In this document: positions 40,140 to 53,552 of the stretch, piece after piece | How the letters are laid out: every line of letters starts with the position of its first letter | How positions within the stretch are numbered: position 1 is the stretch's first letter | Source of the DNA: Octopus sinensis | Taxonomy: Eukaryota | Direction: 5' to 3' | Assembly (NCBI RefSeq): GCF_006345805.1 | Contig: NC_043012.1 | Coordinates: 4,650,001-4,714,000, forward strand | Length of the DNA: 64,000 bases | The notes under the pieces: model-generated | Database searches by the model: none | What the model was told of the DNA's origin: nothing | The model's input: only the letters and a program-made list of their open reading frames with translations | Program-made: the position numbers and the translations under genes

Positions 40140-40556
40140 AGTTTAATGTAAAAAATAACACTGAAGCAAAGTAACACCAAATATATATATATGTATTTGT
40201 TGTATTTCGGAATGGTCATTTTGCCAGTTTAGCCAATAAAAACACACGCACTATATATTTGGTGTTACTTTGCTTCAGTGTTATTTATTTTTTACATTAA
40301 ACTTAATCTTATTTCGGCCAGAGTTCTTTCGATCGCAACATTATGTGTCTAGTATGAGATACTATACCACTGAGGGCTACATTATGTGTGCACAGTTTGT
40401 AACAGGCCCTGCGCTTCTTTTGCTGGGCTCAAATCTCATTTGTAAACCCGTGAAAATAAATAACACTGAAGCAAAGTAACATCAAATATATAGTGCGTGT
40501 GTTTTTATTGGCCTAATTGGCAAAATGACCATTCCGAAATACAACAATATCTGTTT
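40140..40556. repeat. Complex inverted repeat of a 100-bp unit
   Basis: 40198-40292 is inverted at 40453-40556; a partial copy lies at 40150-40187. Confidence 0.8.
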
Positions 40557-40744
40557 CAACACACGATTTCACATAAAAAAATCTTGCACAACAAATATAT
40601 ATTTATATATGTACTGGCAGTATATTGGATATATGTTATCCTATGGTGGGTTGCACTCAGAACTCCTATCTCAATTTATATATATGTATATATATATATA
40701 TGTATATACGTTCTGTACATCAAACCCAAGAGTTTTATCTGTTA

Positions 40745-41290
40745 ATTTGGATCATTGTCTCCGTATATTCCCGTTAATTTGGTCCTCGATAAAGCTTTCG
40801 GAATGTAAGTTCAAATCTTTCGAGCGCTATTGTTTTCTATATAGAGATTCTCTCGATTTCATGTTAGCTCCCCATGTTTATGTATGTATGTATAAAGCTT
40901 CCATGGTGGATGAAAGAGTCAGCAAATTCAGGCAACTTACTCTTAACGGAGTTTTTAGTGGGGTTGCAAACAACATCACGTGGAGATTGGTACATCACAA
41001 CTGCTTTGTTTTCTTTTTCAAGTTGATGGTCAAGCCAAAATCATCACAAGCTGAGTCAAATACAGATACAAGGGATTGCAAGCCCGTTTCAGCGTCACTG
41101 ACCAGATCGCAATCGTCAGAATATAAGGGTTCCCTAATGAGTGGAGTAAAGACTTTTGGTTTGAATTTGGATCGCGCTGGATGGCGAACAAAAGTGTGGA
41201 GTGAGGTGAAAGCTTTTGAGGAGGCCAGGATGATACATGTAAGTCTGAAGTGAGATGTAAAGAAGAATGTTGCAATCGGAAAGGTGAACC
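40745..41290 (-). mobile_element. RTE-like LINE reverse transcriptase fragment
   Basis: Minus strand IREPLYSDDCDLVSDAETGLQSLVSVFDSACDDFGLTINLKK (YADD region). Confidence 0.8.
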
Positions 41291-41292
41291 CC

Positions 41293-41660
41293 AGTGACCT
41301 TTATGTGTGCACAGTTTGTAACAGGCCCTTCGCTTCTTTTGCTGGGCTCAAATCTCATTTGCAGATCCATGAAAAATGAACCTCCACCAACTCCTGTGTC
41401 TATATATCTGTGCACACCTTTCAATGCCCTGTATGCCATAAGGTCTACAAATCTAACAGAGGCCTCAAGAGACATTTTAAGATCCACAAATATCAGAACT
41501 TAACTGCAGCTCTTGGTGCTCCAAATCAGATATGCGATCTATGTGGGTGTCTTTTCAATACATTGCCTGGTTCAAAAAGCCACATCAGACGCCATGATGG
41601 ATCTGAAGTATAAGAACAAGAGTTGGTCACACTCTGCATAAGGAGTAGACAGCCACCATG
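41293..41660 (+). mobile_element. Probable LINE 3' end encoding three C2H2 zinc fingers
   Basis: One frame with a single TGA: CTVCNRPFASFAGLKSHLQIH, CPVCHKVYKSNRGLKRHFKIH, CDLCGCLFNTLPGSKSHIRRH*, then a short UTR and (TGTA)n. Partial copy at 40345-40441. Confidence 0.7.
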
Positions 41661-42326
41661 TATATATGCATGTATATATGCATATATGTATGCATGTATG
41701 TATGTATGTATGTATGTATGTATGCATATATTTATGTATGTATGTATGTATGTATGTATGTATGCATGCATGCATGCATGTATGTATGTATGTATGTATG
41801 TATGTATGTATGTATTTATGTATGTATGCATGTATATATGCGCACACCCAAACACATAATTCTAACTCTTACTGCTCTCATTTTTCTTTGCTTTCTACTT
41901 CGTATTCAATCTCCCGCGACCACCTTTCTTTTTCTCTTTTCTCCTCTCCCTCCTCCTTTTCTCTTTCTCTTTTCCTTTTAATTTCTTCTCCTCAGACTTC
42001 CTCCCCATCCCCCTCACTATGTCTAACATCCGCACTTTCTGTCAACTCCCGGCCTTTTCCATTCTTCTTAAATCATTCCCATCTCTTCCTCGCTCTTAAC
42101 ATTTTTTTCTCTTCCCTCTTTTCCACCACCTTTCTTTTCTTTTATCTTTCTTTTTCTCTTATGGAGAATGCTATGTTCGAAATATCAAAGACTCTATGTC
42201 TTTCCTTTTAAAGCGCGAAACTAATAAAATCTTTGTGAAAGCTTGTCCCATGTGATCTTCCCCGCTTTTGTCACAGTTTGTGCAGAAACTGTAACGTGGA
42301 TTATGCCAAATTCCTTCAAATCTCAC

Positions 42327-42400
42327 CACGTCTTTAAGACACAATATTTGCAAAGTGGGATAGCCCCCAGCAGAATACATCCTGCTCAGTGGGTGCTCTC
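42327..42400 (-). CDS. Candidate 74-nt internal exon (EHPLSRMYSAGGYPTLQILCLKDV)
   Basis: T-rich acceptor ...ttgttgtttaaccctag| and donor GTG|gtgaga; no recognised homology. Confidence 0.2.
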
Positions 42401-43286
42401 CTAGGGTTAAACAACAATACTATCCATAGCAATAGAAATAACAAAAAGAAAACACAACAAAAAAGCCTTTGTCACTCAAGACATTTTTTCATCAAGTTTC
42501 ACAAACTATACGCATTCTATTATTCAGGTTTTATCGTTGTTAACACCGTGTTTCATATTTGCAAAGCGTGAATAAAAGTTCTGGAGGTATATATTCAAGA
42601 TCATGTAGCTTCTATGTAGGGCATCACAAACAAGAGCACTGGGTGTGCTATATACTCTGCCATACAGCATAATTGTAAGACACACACAGACATGTGTGCG
42701 CACTGACACACAAACACACATACATACGCACACACGCACACATACATACGCACACGGTCACAGACACACACAAACATATGCACACACACACGCACAGATA
42801 CATACGCACGCACACGGACACAAACACAGACACACACATACGCACACACACACACACAGACACACACACATACGTACAGCACAGACACAGACCCACAAAA
42901 ACACGCACACGCGGACTCAGACACATACGCACGCACACAGACACACACACACAGATACGTACATACAAGGACACAGAAATAGACACACACACTTGCGCAC
43001 ATAGACAGAGACACACACGCACGAGCACACGCGGACACAGACACACACACATACGCACACACACAGACACACACACACGCACACACACACGGACACACAC
43101 ACGAACACAGACACACACACATGCGCCCACACGCAGACACACACACGTATGCACATACACATACGCACACACACTCGGACACAGACACAGATACACATAC
43201 ATACGCACACACACATACGCACACATACATACGCACACGCACGGACACAGACACACATACACACACACACACCACACACACACACA

Positions 43287-43318
<32 letters not shown>

Positions 43319-43329
43319 AACACACACAC

Positions 43330-43361
<32 letters not shown>

Positions 43362-43767
43362 CATACACACACACACATATATATATAAATTTAAGCGACA
43401 ATATATATATTCAATTAATCCGTTAATATTCACATAAAAAGGTCCTTAATGCATATTTCTACAAAACTTACAGTGTATAGAATACGATACAAGATGTGTC
43501 ATGTATCCTGTGATACAACACGTGTTTTTTACAACAATTTGTTGTGATATTAGAATGTTCTTATTGTTAAATAAAACTTCATCAAACTATTTCTCTGTCA
43601 TATATATATATATATATGAGAGGTATTGGTATTTAGAAGACCCAAAGAGGGGCAGGTAACACTAAGTAAATGCTATGGATAGACCATAGTTAAACTCTTG
43701 GTTCGATAGTGATACGAGTGAGGAGTCTAATGTGGGTGTTGTATTAGCATGCATATATATATATATA

Positions 43768-44065
43768 TGGAGGCGCAATGGCCTAGTGGTCAGGGCAGCG
43801 GACTCGCGGTCGCAGGATCGCGCTTTCGATTCCCAGACCGGGCGTTGTGTGTGTTTATTGAGCGAAAACACCTAAAAGCTCCACGAAGCTCCGGCAGGGG
43901 GTGGTGATCCCTGCTGTACTCTTTCACCACTCTTTCTCCCACTCTTTCTTCTGTTGGCCTGCTCGCTTAGCCAGCGGGGTGGCGTCATTTGAAGGCTAAA
44001 ACAATGCGAACGCATTGTGACCAGCGATGTGTAACAACATCTGATGGTCTAGTCGGTCGCGTGAT

Positions 44066-44072
<7 letters not shown>
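43768..44072 (+). mobile_element. tRNA-derived SINE (family C), full length, in (TA)n
   Basis: tggaggcgcaatggcctagtggtcagggcagcgg...ttcgattcccagaccggg head; matches 2936-3237. Confidence 0.9.
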
Positions 44073-44124
<52 letters not shown>

Positions 44125-44195
44125 ACAAAATGCGATAACAAGCCAAGACTGTGATGAGTTTTCAGGACATTTATAAGGAAAAAGGTATGGATATA

Positions 44196-44243
44196 GTCTT
44201 ACACTTGTTTCTGGTATATTATGGATGCTCCTTCATCAGAGAC
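44196..44243 (-). ncRNA. Hammerhead motif in the left arm of inverted repeat 44122-44471
   Basis: Minus strand: GTCT CTGATGA A GG...CC A GAAA CAAGTG TA AGAC. Confidence 0.7.
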
Positions 44244-44369
44244 GATGTGAGATGGTTAAATCGAGGTAAATATTTGAGTTCGAAATAAGAAATTATTATG
44301 GAAAAGGAATCTATAATAATTTCTTTATTTCGAACTCGAATATTCATCTCGATTTAACCATCTCACATC

Positions 44370-44411
44370 GTCTCTGATGAAGGGATAATATACCAGAAAC
44401 AAGTGTAAGAC
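44370..44411 (+). ncRNA. Hammerhead motif (canonical CUGAUGA) in the right arm
   Basis: GTCT CTGATGA A GGGATAATATACC A GAAA CAAGTG TA AGAC. Confidence 0.75.
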
Positions 44412-44668
44412 AATATCTATACCTTTTCCTGAAAACTCCTCACGGTCTTGGCTTTGTTCTCTTTTTGTCTGCCTAATATATATATATATATGTGCGAAAC
44501 AATTGTACCAAATTACCGGAGTCATTCTTGTTGCTTATTTTGAATATATATATATTATATATTATATATATATAATATATATATATATAAATTATATACA
44601 TATGATAGATCGTTAGCCACTACACACATTTTTTTCTCTCCTTGTTTCTCTCCATGTTTTCTGTGTCC

Positions 44669-44704
44669 CTTTCTGTAGAAGAGCGTAGGCTCGAAACGTA
44701 AAAG
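44669..44704 (+). ncRNA. Minimal hammerhead motif with compensatory stem I change (core A6U)
   Basis: CTTT CTGTAGA A GAGC GTAG GCTC GAAA CG TA AAAG, inside a (TA)n-flanked 190-bp unit. Confidence 0.65.
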
Positions 44705-44795
44705 ACTTTTTCTATTCCTGAGCGTTATATTAATACATCAGTTTGTTTCGTACACCACCTGTCTTCGTCTCTTGTTTTTTTTCGTAAACTCTCCC

Positions 44796-44849
<54 letters not shown>

Positions 44850-44869
44850 TAGTATTTAAGTTTGTGGTC

Positions 44870-45760
44870 CTCAAATTTAACTTTGCTTTCAAACCAAAAT
44901 GTTGGCTTATTACCCGGTGAAATCAAAGATCGGTTTTGGTATGCAAACGGCTGCCTAACAAGATCAACACCGATATTAGGGGAGGTGCGTGAATTTCCCT
45001 AAAACATACCACTAATGATGTTATCTTATGGTTTGAAATCAACAGCAGCAGTAGCAACAAATGTAGAGAACAGGTCTCCCAATTCGTCATTGTGGAATTT
45101 TTATCCCTCTATAACGTGGGATTTGTTATATAAACCGTTCAGTTTCGCCAGGTGTTTTAGCGAAATTAGCGATGAGAGCATAAACATCATGATGCTCGCC
45201 AGGAAAACCCAATTATTCGATAAGGTTTTGATCTGTGCTAAACAAACTGACCCAAAAGTCTCTTTCGTTGTGACTTTGGGAGCATTTGAAAGAGCTATGT
45301 ATGTGACCTCATAGGTTTCTTTTTTTATTCTAAATATGCTTATTAAGAAATTCCTCTCAACTAGCATTGGGCTATATAGGGCCAATGCCTTGGCGTCATT
45401 AAGAGGGCTAATAGCCGAAGACTCGATAGGCTCATGAAAAACTTCATGCACGCCCTTAATTCTCTTGAGCTCAGAGTTACAATAGAAACTATTCTGAAAG
45501 TTGTTAATTTCCTGGATGTGACATAAAACCTAGATGCTGCTACTTATAAACCCTTTCGGAAACCAAACGAGAGGGATGACATATATCAGTATAGCTTTCT
45601 ACCACCGAGGAATAGTTTTGAAAAAAAAAAAACTGGTAGAAGAGGTTAGCAAAAGAATCGTCAAATAAGAACTTTGATGCCGCGGCCCCGTACTACAAAG
45701 AAGAACTGGTTACCAGTGACTTCAAAAGAACGATTAGTTCTATACTCAGCCCTACTAGTT
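44870..45760 (+). mobile_element. Penelope-like reverse transcriptase fragment
   Basis: FYPSITWDLL...IMMLARKTQLF...FVVTLGAF, GLYR, VVNFLDVT.NL..TYKPFRKPN motifs with frameshifts. Confidence 0.8.
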
Positions 45761-46519
45761 ATAGTATTTCTTGTAGATGTTATCTATGTCCCGAAGTTTG
45801 AAGCTGAAAAAGGAATATCCTTCAACTTCAGCATTCATCAACTTGTAACCTTGATCAAATCTCTACACTGATGGAGGAGTCTTCGATTCCCGTCTGTTCG
45901 TACACACTGCTGTACATGTACTTAGCAGTGTTTTCATCATTTCGTTAGTTTGCACAGTGAATGGGAATGTCTTGCTGAGGGGGTCTAAGAAGACTCAAAC
46001 ATGTCCAGAGTTATCTCCCGCAGTTCCGGAATTATAAAACTAATATTAGACAATGACCTAATGCAGTATTTTTCTCATGGCATAAATATATTTACTTACA
46101 TTGTTGACGCTCAATATTTTAAATATGAACGCTAAATTAACCTTACAGTTGATGTGCGGCTTCAGAAAATTTCCGAACGAGTAAATCTATTTCATAGACA
46201 ATCCAGAAGTGAACAACCCGTAAATACCTAGAACTAGACTTTTCAATGTCTTCTTTTCTTATTTGAGTATGTAGAGGGGATTTAAGGTAGAAACATACTG
46301 GAATTCAATTTTAAGGTGGTTTGGTTGCTATTTGACCCAAGCCAGTAAATATTTTACATTCAATAAATGCTTATTATTCAGCAAAGGATTAATTATTTTA
46401 AGTAGCTTGCACTACAGTCTAAGACATTGCTCCGAACTTTACGTTTATGGCCGGTAGCGCTTCTTATTTTATTTATCTGAATATCTGTTTAGTGTTTGGT
46501 TCCATATATATTTATATAT

Positions 46520-46597
<78 letters not shown>

Positions 46598-46638
46598 TTG
46601 TGTGTGTGTGGGCGCGCAAATACAAACACACATGAATG

Positions 46639-46669
<31 letters not shown>

Positions 46670-46972
46670 ACATATCGCAAATGGACATACGTACGCCTTA
46701 CATACCTCAACGAAAAATGCAATCACTAATTAGAGACTAATAATTAATAACTATGACGAATGACCATGTGAGTTCAAATGAAGAGAAAAAGTGAAACCAT
46801 AATAAATCCATATAAAGAACACAAATGCCATCACACACACACACACACAGACACAGACAGACAGACACACACACAGTCCTAACTATTTTCTGCTTTGGCT
46901 GTAAAGCATGCCCCGGTATTAAACTCTTCCATTAGACTAATCAAAATATAACGTGTAAAGTTCATATATACG

Positions 46973-47014
<42 letters not shown>

Positions 47015-47018
<4 letters not shown>

Positions 47019-47290
47019 GGCACATGGTTTAGTGGTTAGAGTGCTGCACTCACGAATGCGAGATCGTAGGTTCGATTCCCAGACCGGGGGCTTTGCGTTG
47101 TGTTCTTGAGCAAAGCACTTCATTTCACGTTGCTCTGCGATCACTTCGTCATCTGACATGTGGCACCCAGTTGCACCTGTACAGGTAATGTCAATTTGAT
47201 GGAGAGAGCGAGCTGATGCCTACACAAACATTTGATCACTATAAACAGATTATCTGTGTGGTTGTTTGGCAAGAAATTCAATTCTTTATT
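47015..47290 (+). mobile_element. tRNA-derived SINE
   Basis: gaaggcacatggtttagtggttagagtg...ggttcgattccc head followed by gtgttcttgagcaaagcactt. Confidence 0.8.
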
Positions 47291-47605
47291 AGCCACTAGG
47301 GTCCGACACAGAGGGACAATACAGAACCGAGAAGGTGGGGGTCATACATAGAATCCTGGAGACAGTTTTAAAAATGGTAAACAGCTAGAAATTGCAAGTG
47401 TAAACATATATTAAAGAACAGTGGTACCCAAAAGGGGGAGTATTCTGGGTTGGTCGTGGAAACCCCACAAGCTACAAGACAACCTTACCGCTAGGGCAGA
47501 ATCCTAAAAGTTTAAGCCCAAATTAGGCCAATTGGTTCAAACCGTTCGTACAACTTTTACCCAATTTTTGTACGTCCAAATCCAGTGACCTGAAGTCGTT
47601 GAGAA

Positions 47606-47830
47606 TGCGGCGAGCTGGCAGAATCGATAACACGCTAGGCGAAATGCTTAGCGGTATTTCGTCTGCCGCTACGTTCTGAGTTCAAATTCCGCCATGGTCT
47701 ACTTAGCCGTTCATCCTTTCGGGGTCGATTAAATAAGTACCAGTTGCGCACTGGGGTCGATGTAATCGACTTAATCCGTTTGTTTGTCCCCTCTATGTTT
47801 AGCCTCTTGTGGGCAATAAGGAAATAAGAA
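47606..47830 (+). mobile_element. SINE family A, single unit
   Basis: gcggcgagctggcagaatcg head and body. Confidence 0.85.
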
Positions 47831-48678
47831 AGCGTCCTTGATTTCAAAACTATCCCAGGCCACGCATATTTAAGCAGCCTAACTTGAGCCAAACCAAAAA
47901 AAGTTATGCACTATTTACTTTTTGGGCTGCGGGGAGGATGAGAGGCTTTTTTCTCACTTTACTGGGTGGCTGTGGGAATTTTCACGACCTGGTTTTTGTA
48001 TAGACTTCCCGTTATTGTTCTTTGGAGCTTACCCACCGCATTAGAGCGTTTTTTTTCTAGACATTGAAGGTTGCGTTAGATACACTGAGTACTTGTACGT
48101 GAGGTGGAGCGTTAGGTGGAGTGCACAGAAAATCTTTTAGTGTGATGTTGGTATTTTCATGTATGTATTTCATTAGGGCTTCGTTGTTTATGTCGATTGC
48201 AGTGAGATTTATTATTGTTTTCGACGGTGGTTTTTGTATGGTGTATGGTGCTGGCAGTGGTATTGGTAGGGTTGGTAATGTGGGTGTTTTAGTTGGTGGT
48301 CGTGTGTCTGTGTTGTGGGGAAGTACTAGGATGGTATCCTTTTTGTGTTTTTTCCTCCCTGCCCACTCATTGTTGCTTCTGTGGCGGTTTCTGGGTCAGA
48401 CTCGGAAAGGGGTAGAACAAGTAGTTTGTTGTTTGTCGAAATGGTTTCTCCCCTTCGTGCTGCTGATGTCGGTCCTGTAATGTTCTTAGTGATGCTTTTT
48501 CGGGTATCCTCGGTTACTGATGCAGATGGCATCCTTTCCAGCGTGGATGGTGCTGCTGCTATTCCTACTGTTGCTGCTTCTGTGGTGATATTCGTTACCC
48601 TCCTTGTAAGTGTTGATGTTTTCACTGCACTCTATGCAGTCGCTGCTGCTTTGGCTGCTGCTCTAACTGCTGTTGTGG

Positions 48679-48778
48679 NNNNNNNNNNNNNNNNNNNNNN
48701 NNNNNNNNNNNNNNNNNNNNNNNNNNNNNNNNNNNNNNNNNNNNNNNNNNNNNNNNNNNNNNNNNNNNNNNNNNNNNN
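48679..48778. other. Assembly gap (100 N)
   Basis: Run of N. Confidence 1.
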
Positions 48779-48884
48779 AAAAATAAAAAAAGAGGAAGAA
48801 TAACGAAATGGTTATCGCTGGAGGTGTTTTCGCCTGAACTCAGATCGGAAATAAACAGCAACAACAACTGCAATAAGGAAAATA

Positions 48885-48915
<31 letters not shown>

Positions 48916-49627
48916 TGACAAAGACGACGACGACGACGACTGAAACGTGTGAAGGCTTTTCGTGATCCCTTGACATGCTAGAAGTAGCAGCCAAATCTTT
49001 TTCAAATCGTATATTCTATCGCCTTAACAGGAAAGAATAGAAGGTAGTCCGAGGATATATTATCTGCAAACGATGGATTAGTCACCGCCGGAAAACCTGT
49101 GATCGAATGTCTGCTTCTTTAGGGTTCACTGACGATAAAATGCTGCAGCGACACCAACAGGAGAACCGATGTGATGAGTTAACCGGACCTACGAAAAATA
49201 GCACCCGAGACCGGCTAAAAATAGGACTCAAATTTTCCTTAATTCTTTGCATACCAAGTTAAAAAGAAACACTATAAAGTAAGTTCCATTTACATATGCA
49301 ACACAAACCTTAAAAATGTGACCTGGGTAGGGTGTGCTGAGTTTACGTTCCGCAACGGGTGAGGTACGCGACAATACCCGCTTGTTTGCGTTTGCTGTAG
49401 TCGAAGGTGTCTTAAGTTTCCGGAATTGGGGCGGCGTATTTAGCTATGGTACAATAACGGCCAAAAGCTATATCAAGGCGTTGCTTTAAAAAGAATTTTC
49501 GTAGGCTTGGCTGAATCGTTGCGAGGTTCTGTGTTGCATAGATTCTAGTGAACAATGTATCACTGAATGAGACATTACACAAGTGTCTTCCGCAATAGCT
49601 AAGGTTTCAACAGGACACGATAGAGAG

Positions 49628-49680
<53 letters not shown>

Positions 49681-49719
49681 GTTAGGTGTGGTGAACAGAT
49701 ATTTAATATTGAGAAAAAA

Positions 49720-49884
49720 GGTCGCCCGAATTTTGGAAAAAAACCTTTTTTATTTCTTTATTATTAGCGCTTTCGTTCGTTTCTCGAACCTGTCAAATGG
49801 ATCCATTTGACAGGTTCGACAAACGAACGAAAGCGCTAATAATAATGAAGAAATATAAATAGATTTTTCCAAAATTCTGGCGAC
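49720..49884. repeat. Spacerless palindrome centred on GGATCC with a hammerhead-like motif on each strand
   Basis: Plus strand 49807-49838 reads TTGACAG GTTCG ACAAA CGAAC GAAA GCGC TA, mirrored on the minus strand. Confidence 0.75.
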
Positions 49885-51063
49885 TTTCTCTCTCTCTCTC
49901 TCTCTCTCTTATGTACATGCATATATAGGTGCAGGACGGTGCAAATAACATGAAATACGTAAACGGCAAGAAATGAAAAATGGAAAACAGGGCAAGTAAA
50001 CACAGGGAAGGACCCTTCATCAGTTGTGTATCTACATCTCAATTTGAGCATTCAACGACAATATGAAACTTCAAAGATAGCTGCTCCAATAAATTCTAAA
50101 ATAAAATTTATACATATATATATACTCGTAAACACACACACACACACGCATGCACACACATACACACATGTATGTTTGTGCGTGTGTCTGTGTTTGTCCC
50201 CCCACCGTCGCTTGACGACCGATGTTGGTGTGCTTATGTCCCCGTAACTTAGTGGTTCAGCAAAAGAGACCGACAGAATAAGTACTTGGCTTACAAAGAA
50301 CAAGTCCTGGGGGCGATCTGTTTGACTAAAGGCGGTGTTCCAGCATGGCCACAATCAAATGACTGTAACAAGTAAAAGAATAAAAGAATATATATATATG
50401 TAGGACGGGCTTCTTTCAATTTCCGTCTACCAAACCCACTCACAAGGCTTTGGTCGACCCGAGGCTATAGTAGAAGATAGTGGCCCAAGGTGCTACGCAG
50501 TGGCACTGGAACTATGTGGTTGATAAGCAAGCTTCCTTATCCACATGTGTATGTATCTATGTGTGGGATATGTGTTCGTATTTACCGGCGTAAATCACCA
50601 TAAATTCTACACGGTGTTTGTTGTTGAAAAAGAAAACCCCAGATTTTGCTGTACTAACATTGCTCTTAAAAGGGAAGAGCGTGCACCTCTAACCCTCAGA
50701 CTATACATCCTAGATTTTACCTTTTCTTCTGCCTAGCGCACATCCACAACATTACAGAAAGAAACTGTATCGTAAAGACTGGTTTCTTATGGAGGGCCAG
50801 AATTAATTTCACACCCTAACAACAACGACAACAACAACAACAGCAACAGCAACAACACAGACGTCTGTATAAAGTTCAGGTGATACCATAATCATGTACT
50901 GCTACCACATTCTGTAACGTCGCTCTATTTATGGAAAGGTCACATGACAGACTGGTAGAAAAATCACTTACCAGAAAACCCCAAATCAACTACATACACT
51001 TCTGTTGTTAGAAGATTACTGATGATATGAAAATCCCCCACCTCCACCTGTGTTCACTCTCTA

Positions 51064-52183
51064 GGTCCCGTACGTGAAATCTTTTTCCCACGAGACTTCC
51101 GGACCCCTGTATTGAACTCGTTTGCATGCAGCCAATCAGAGCTCACCTTGAACTTGTACACAAACAACTAAGCAGAGGCAGCCATGCGGATAACGAAGGA
51201 TCAGATCCGTTCAGCTCTCAGATTATGCCTAGACGCAAAGACCAACATTTTATTCGTGAAAGTGTTTAAAAAGAACCAATCTTTTGGTAAAACACTCTCA
51301 ACCAAGTAAACTCGAGATGAAGAACGGTGTTGTAAGTCGACCGATCGCCAAGTTATGCCTGATTTTAGAAGGAGACAAGTTATTAGATAGATTTACATCT
51401 GTACCTATTATTGGATTTTGTTAGGGCCCCTTATGGTAAAGATGTGGATGGGGAAAATGTGGGTTGAGGGTGATGTGCTAGCAACCCTCTCCCCTTACTG
51501 TTTTACAAAGTAAACAACAACGCAAATAACTACGAAGAGGCAGCCATGGTTGAAATAAGAACAAGAACATGCATTATTTCTTTCTTTATTGCCCACAAGG
51601 GGCTAAATATAGAGGGGACAAACAAGGATAGACAAAGGGAATAAATCGATTACATCGACCCCAGTGCGTAACTGGTACTTATTTAATCGACTCCGAAAGG
51701 ATGAAAGGCAAAGTCGACCTCGGCGAAATTTGAACTCAGAACGTAGCAGTTGACGAAATAACTATTTCTTTACTACCCACAAGGGGCTAAACACAGAGGA
51801 GACAAGCAAGGACAGACAAACGGATTAAGTCGATTATATCGACCCCAATGCGTAACTGGTACTTAATTTATCGACCCCGAAAGGATGAAAGGCAAAGTCG
51901 ACCTCGGTGGAATTTAAACTCAGAACGTAGTGGCGGACGAAATACCGCTAAGCATTTCGCCCGGCGTGCTAACGATTCTGCCAGCTCGCCGCCTAACAAC
52001 AAACATTATTAAAAGAGAAAAGACGCATGGTCATTCGTTATCCAAGTGACCTTATCTTATCCTCCATCACTTATGCGATCATAAATTTGTTTGATAGTTG
52101 AGCCCTGATTGGTTGTATGGAAATGAGTTCATAACTGGGTTCCGGAACTCTAGTGGGAAAAAAATTTCGCGTCCCGTACTGAC
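51064..52183. mobile_element. Old non-autonomous element with about 85-bp degenerate TIRs and a nested family A SINE (51575-51995)
   Basis: ggtc...gaaatcttttccccacgagacttccggacc...ccaatcagagctca is inverted at 52098-52183. Confidence 0.65.
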
Positions 52184-52527
52184 CACCTTTCTCAGCCCTT
52201 CCTCTCCATAACCTGGCGCTCTGCATGTTGTTCGCAGCACATGTTTTCCTTGCAACTGCAGACTCAAACTTGGTGAAGTCACATGGTTTATTGGTTAGGG
52301 GATTCGGCTAACGATCGTAAAGTCATGAGTTCGATTCCCGTTGGCGCGTTGTGTCCTTGATCAAGACACTTTATTTCACGTTGCTCCAGACCACTCAGCT
52401 GGCAACAATGAGTTGTACCCGTAATTCAAAGGGCCAGCCTTGTCACACCGTGTGACACGCTGAATCTCCCTGAGAATTACATTAAAGGGTACGCGTATAT
52501 GTGGAGTGTTCTCCGCAGATACGTGTA

Positions 52528-52762
52528 CCTATTTCTTTAATACCCACAAGGGGCTAAACACAGAGGGGACAAACAAGGACAGACAAACGGATTAAGTCGA
52601 TTACATCGACCCCGGTGCGTAACTGGTACTTAATTTATCGACCCCGAAAGGATAAAAGGCAAAGTCGACCTCGGCGGAATTTGAACTCAAAACGTAACGG
52701 CAGACGAAATACGGCTACACATTTCGCCCGGCGTGCTAACGTTTCTGCCAGCTTGCCGCCTT
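52528..52762 (-). mobile_element. SINE family A nested in a family C-type SINE (52280-52800)
   Basis: Family A body and head interrupt the gtgtacc|cttaa.gtaattct tail. Confidence 0.8.
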
Positions 52763-53177
52763 GACTCCATGTACCCTTAATGTAATTCTGAGGGAGATTT
52801 ATCAGTAATCTTCGAACAACAGAGGTGTATGTAGTGGATCTGGGGTGTCCTGGTAAGTGATTTCCTACCAGTCTGTCAAGTGACCTTTCAATAAATGGAG
52901 CGCCGTTAGAGAATGTGGAAGCAGTACATGTCTGAGATTTCCTTATTAGTGTTCTAAGAATTATTACATTTCTAGACGTTTCCAATAATACCTGGTTGAG
53001 TAATGGAAAAACAAATAACCTGAATTTCTGTAAGATAAGTTAATACACGAAATTCTATGCTAAGGGAAGGTCTGAATTAAAAAGTAAAAGCGATATTTTG
53101 ATGAAAAGATTAATTTCGATTCACGTTACAAAATGACATGATTGAAAACAGAGTTGTTCCCAATCACTATTAAAAGC

Positions 53178-53229
<52 letters not shown>

Positions 53230-53552
53230 TATATACACACAGGCATATACATACGTCCATAAACTCACACACATCCTGATAGCTACGAAATATGACATAT
53301 TTTTTATGACGTGAAAGAATTGCCGGAAACAGTTGTCATATTTTTTATAAATATTTGTCGAACCCTTTTAACGAGAAATACCAAGATTAATTCTCGTGTA
53401 CTTTTCAGTTCATATATATCTTATTACCGAGTATGATTAATATATACATATACATACAACACGCACACGACACAAACACAATATCTTTGTGCGTGTGTGT
53501 ATATATATATATATTATAATATATTATATATATATCTATATATATATATATA

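Noticed and set aside
40525-41253. 242-aa plus-strand ORF as a gene
   Set aside because: It is largely antisense to an RTE RT remnant and begins in repeat sequence.
48121-49005. ORFs around the N gap
   Set aside because: They are low complexity and two run through the assembly gap; no recognisable domain.
49985-50030. CTGATGA A GGG..CCC on the minus strand as a hammerhead
   Set aside because: No GAAA, stem III or stem I' follows at a plausible distance.
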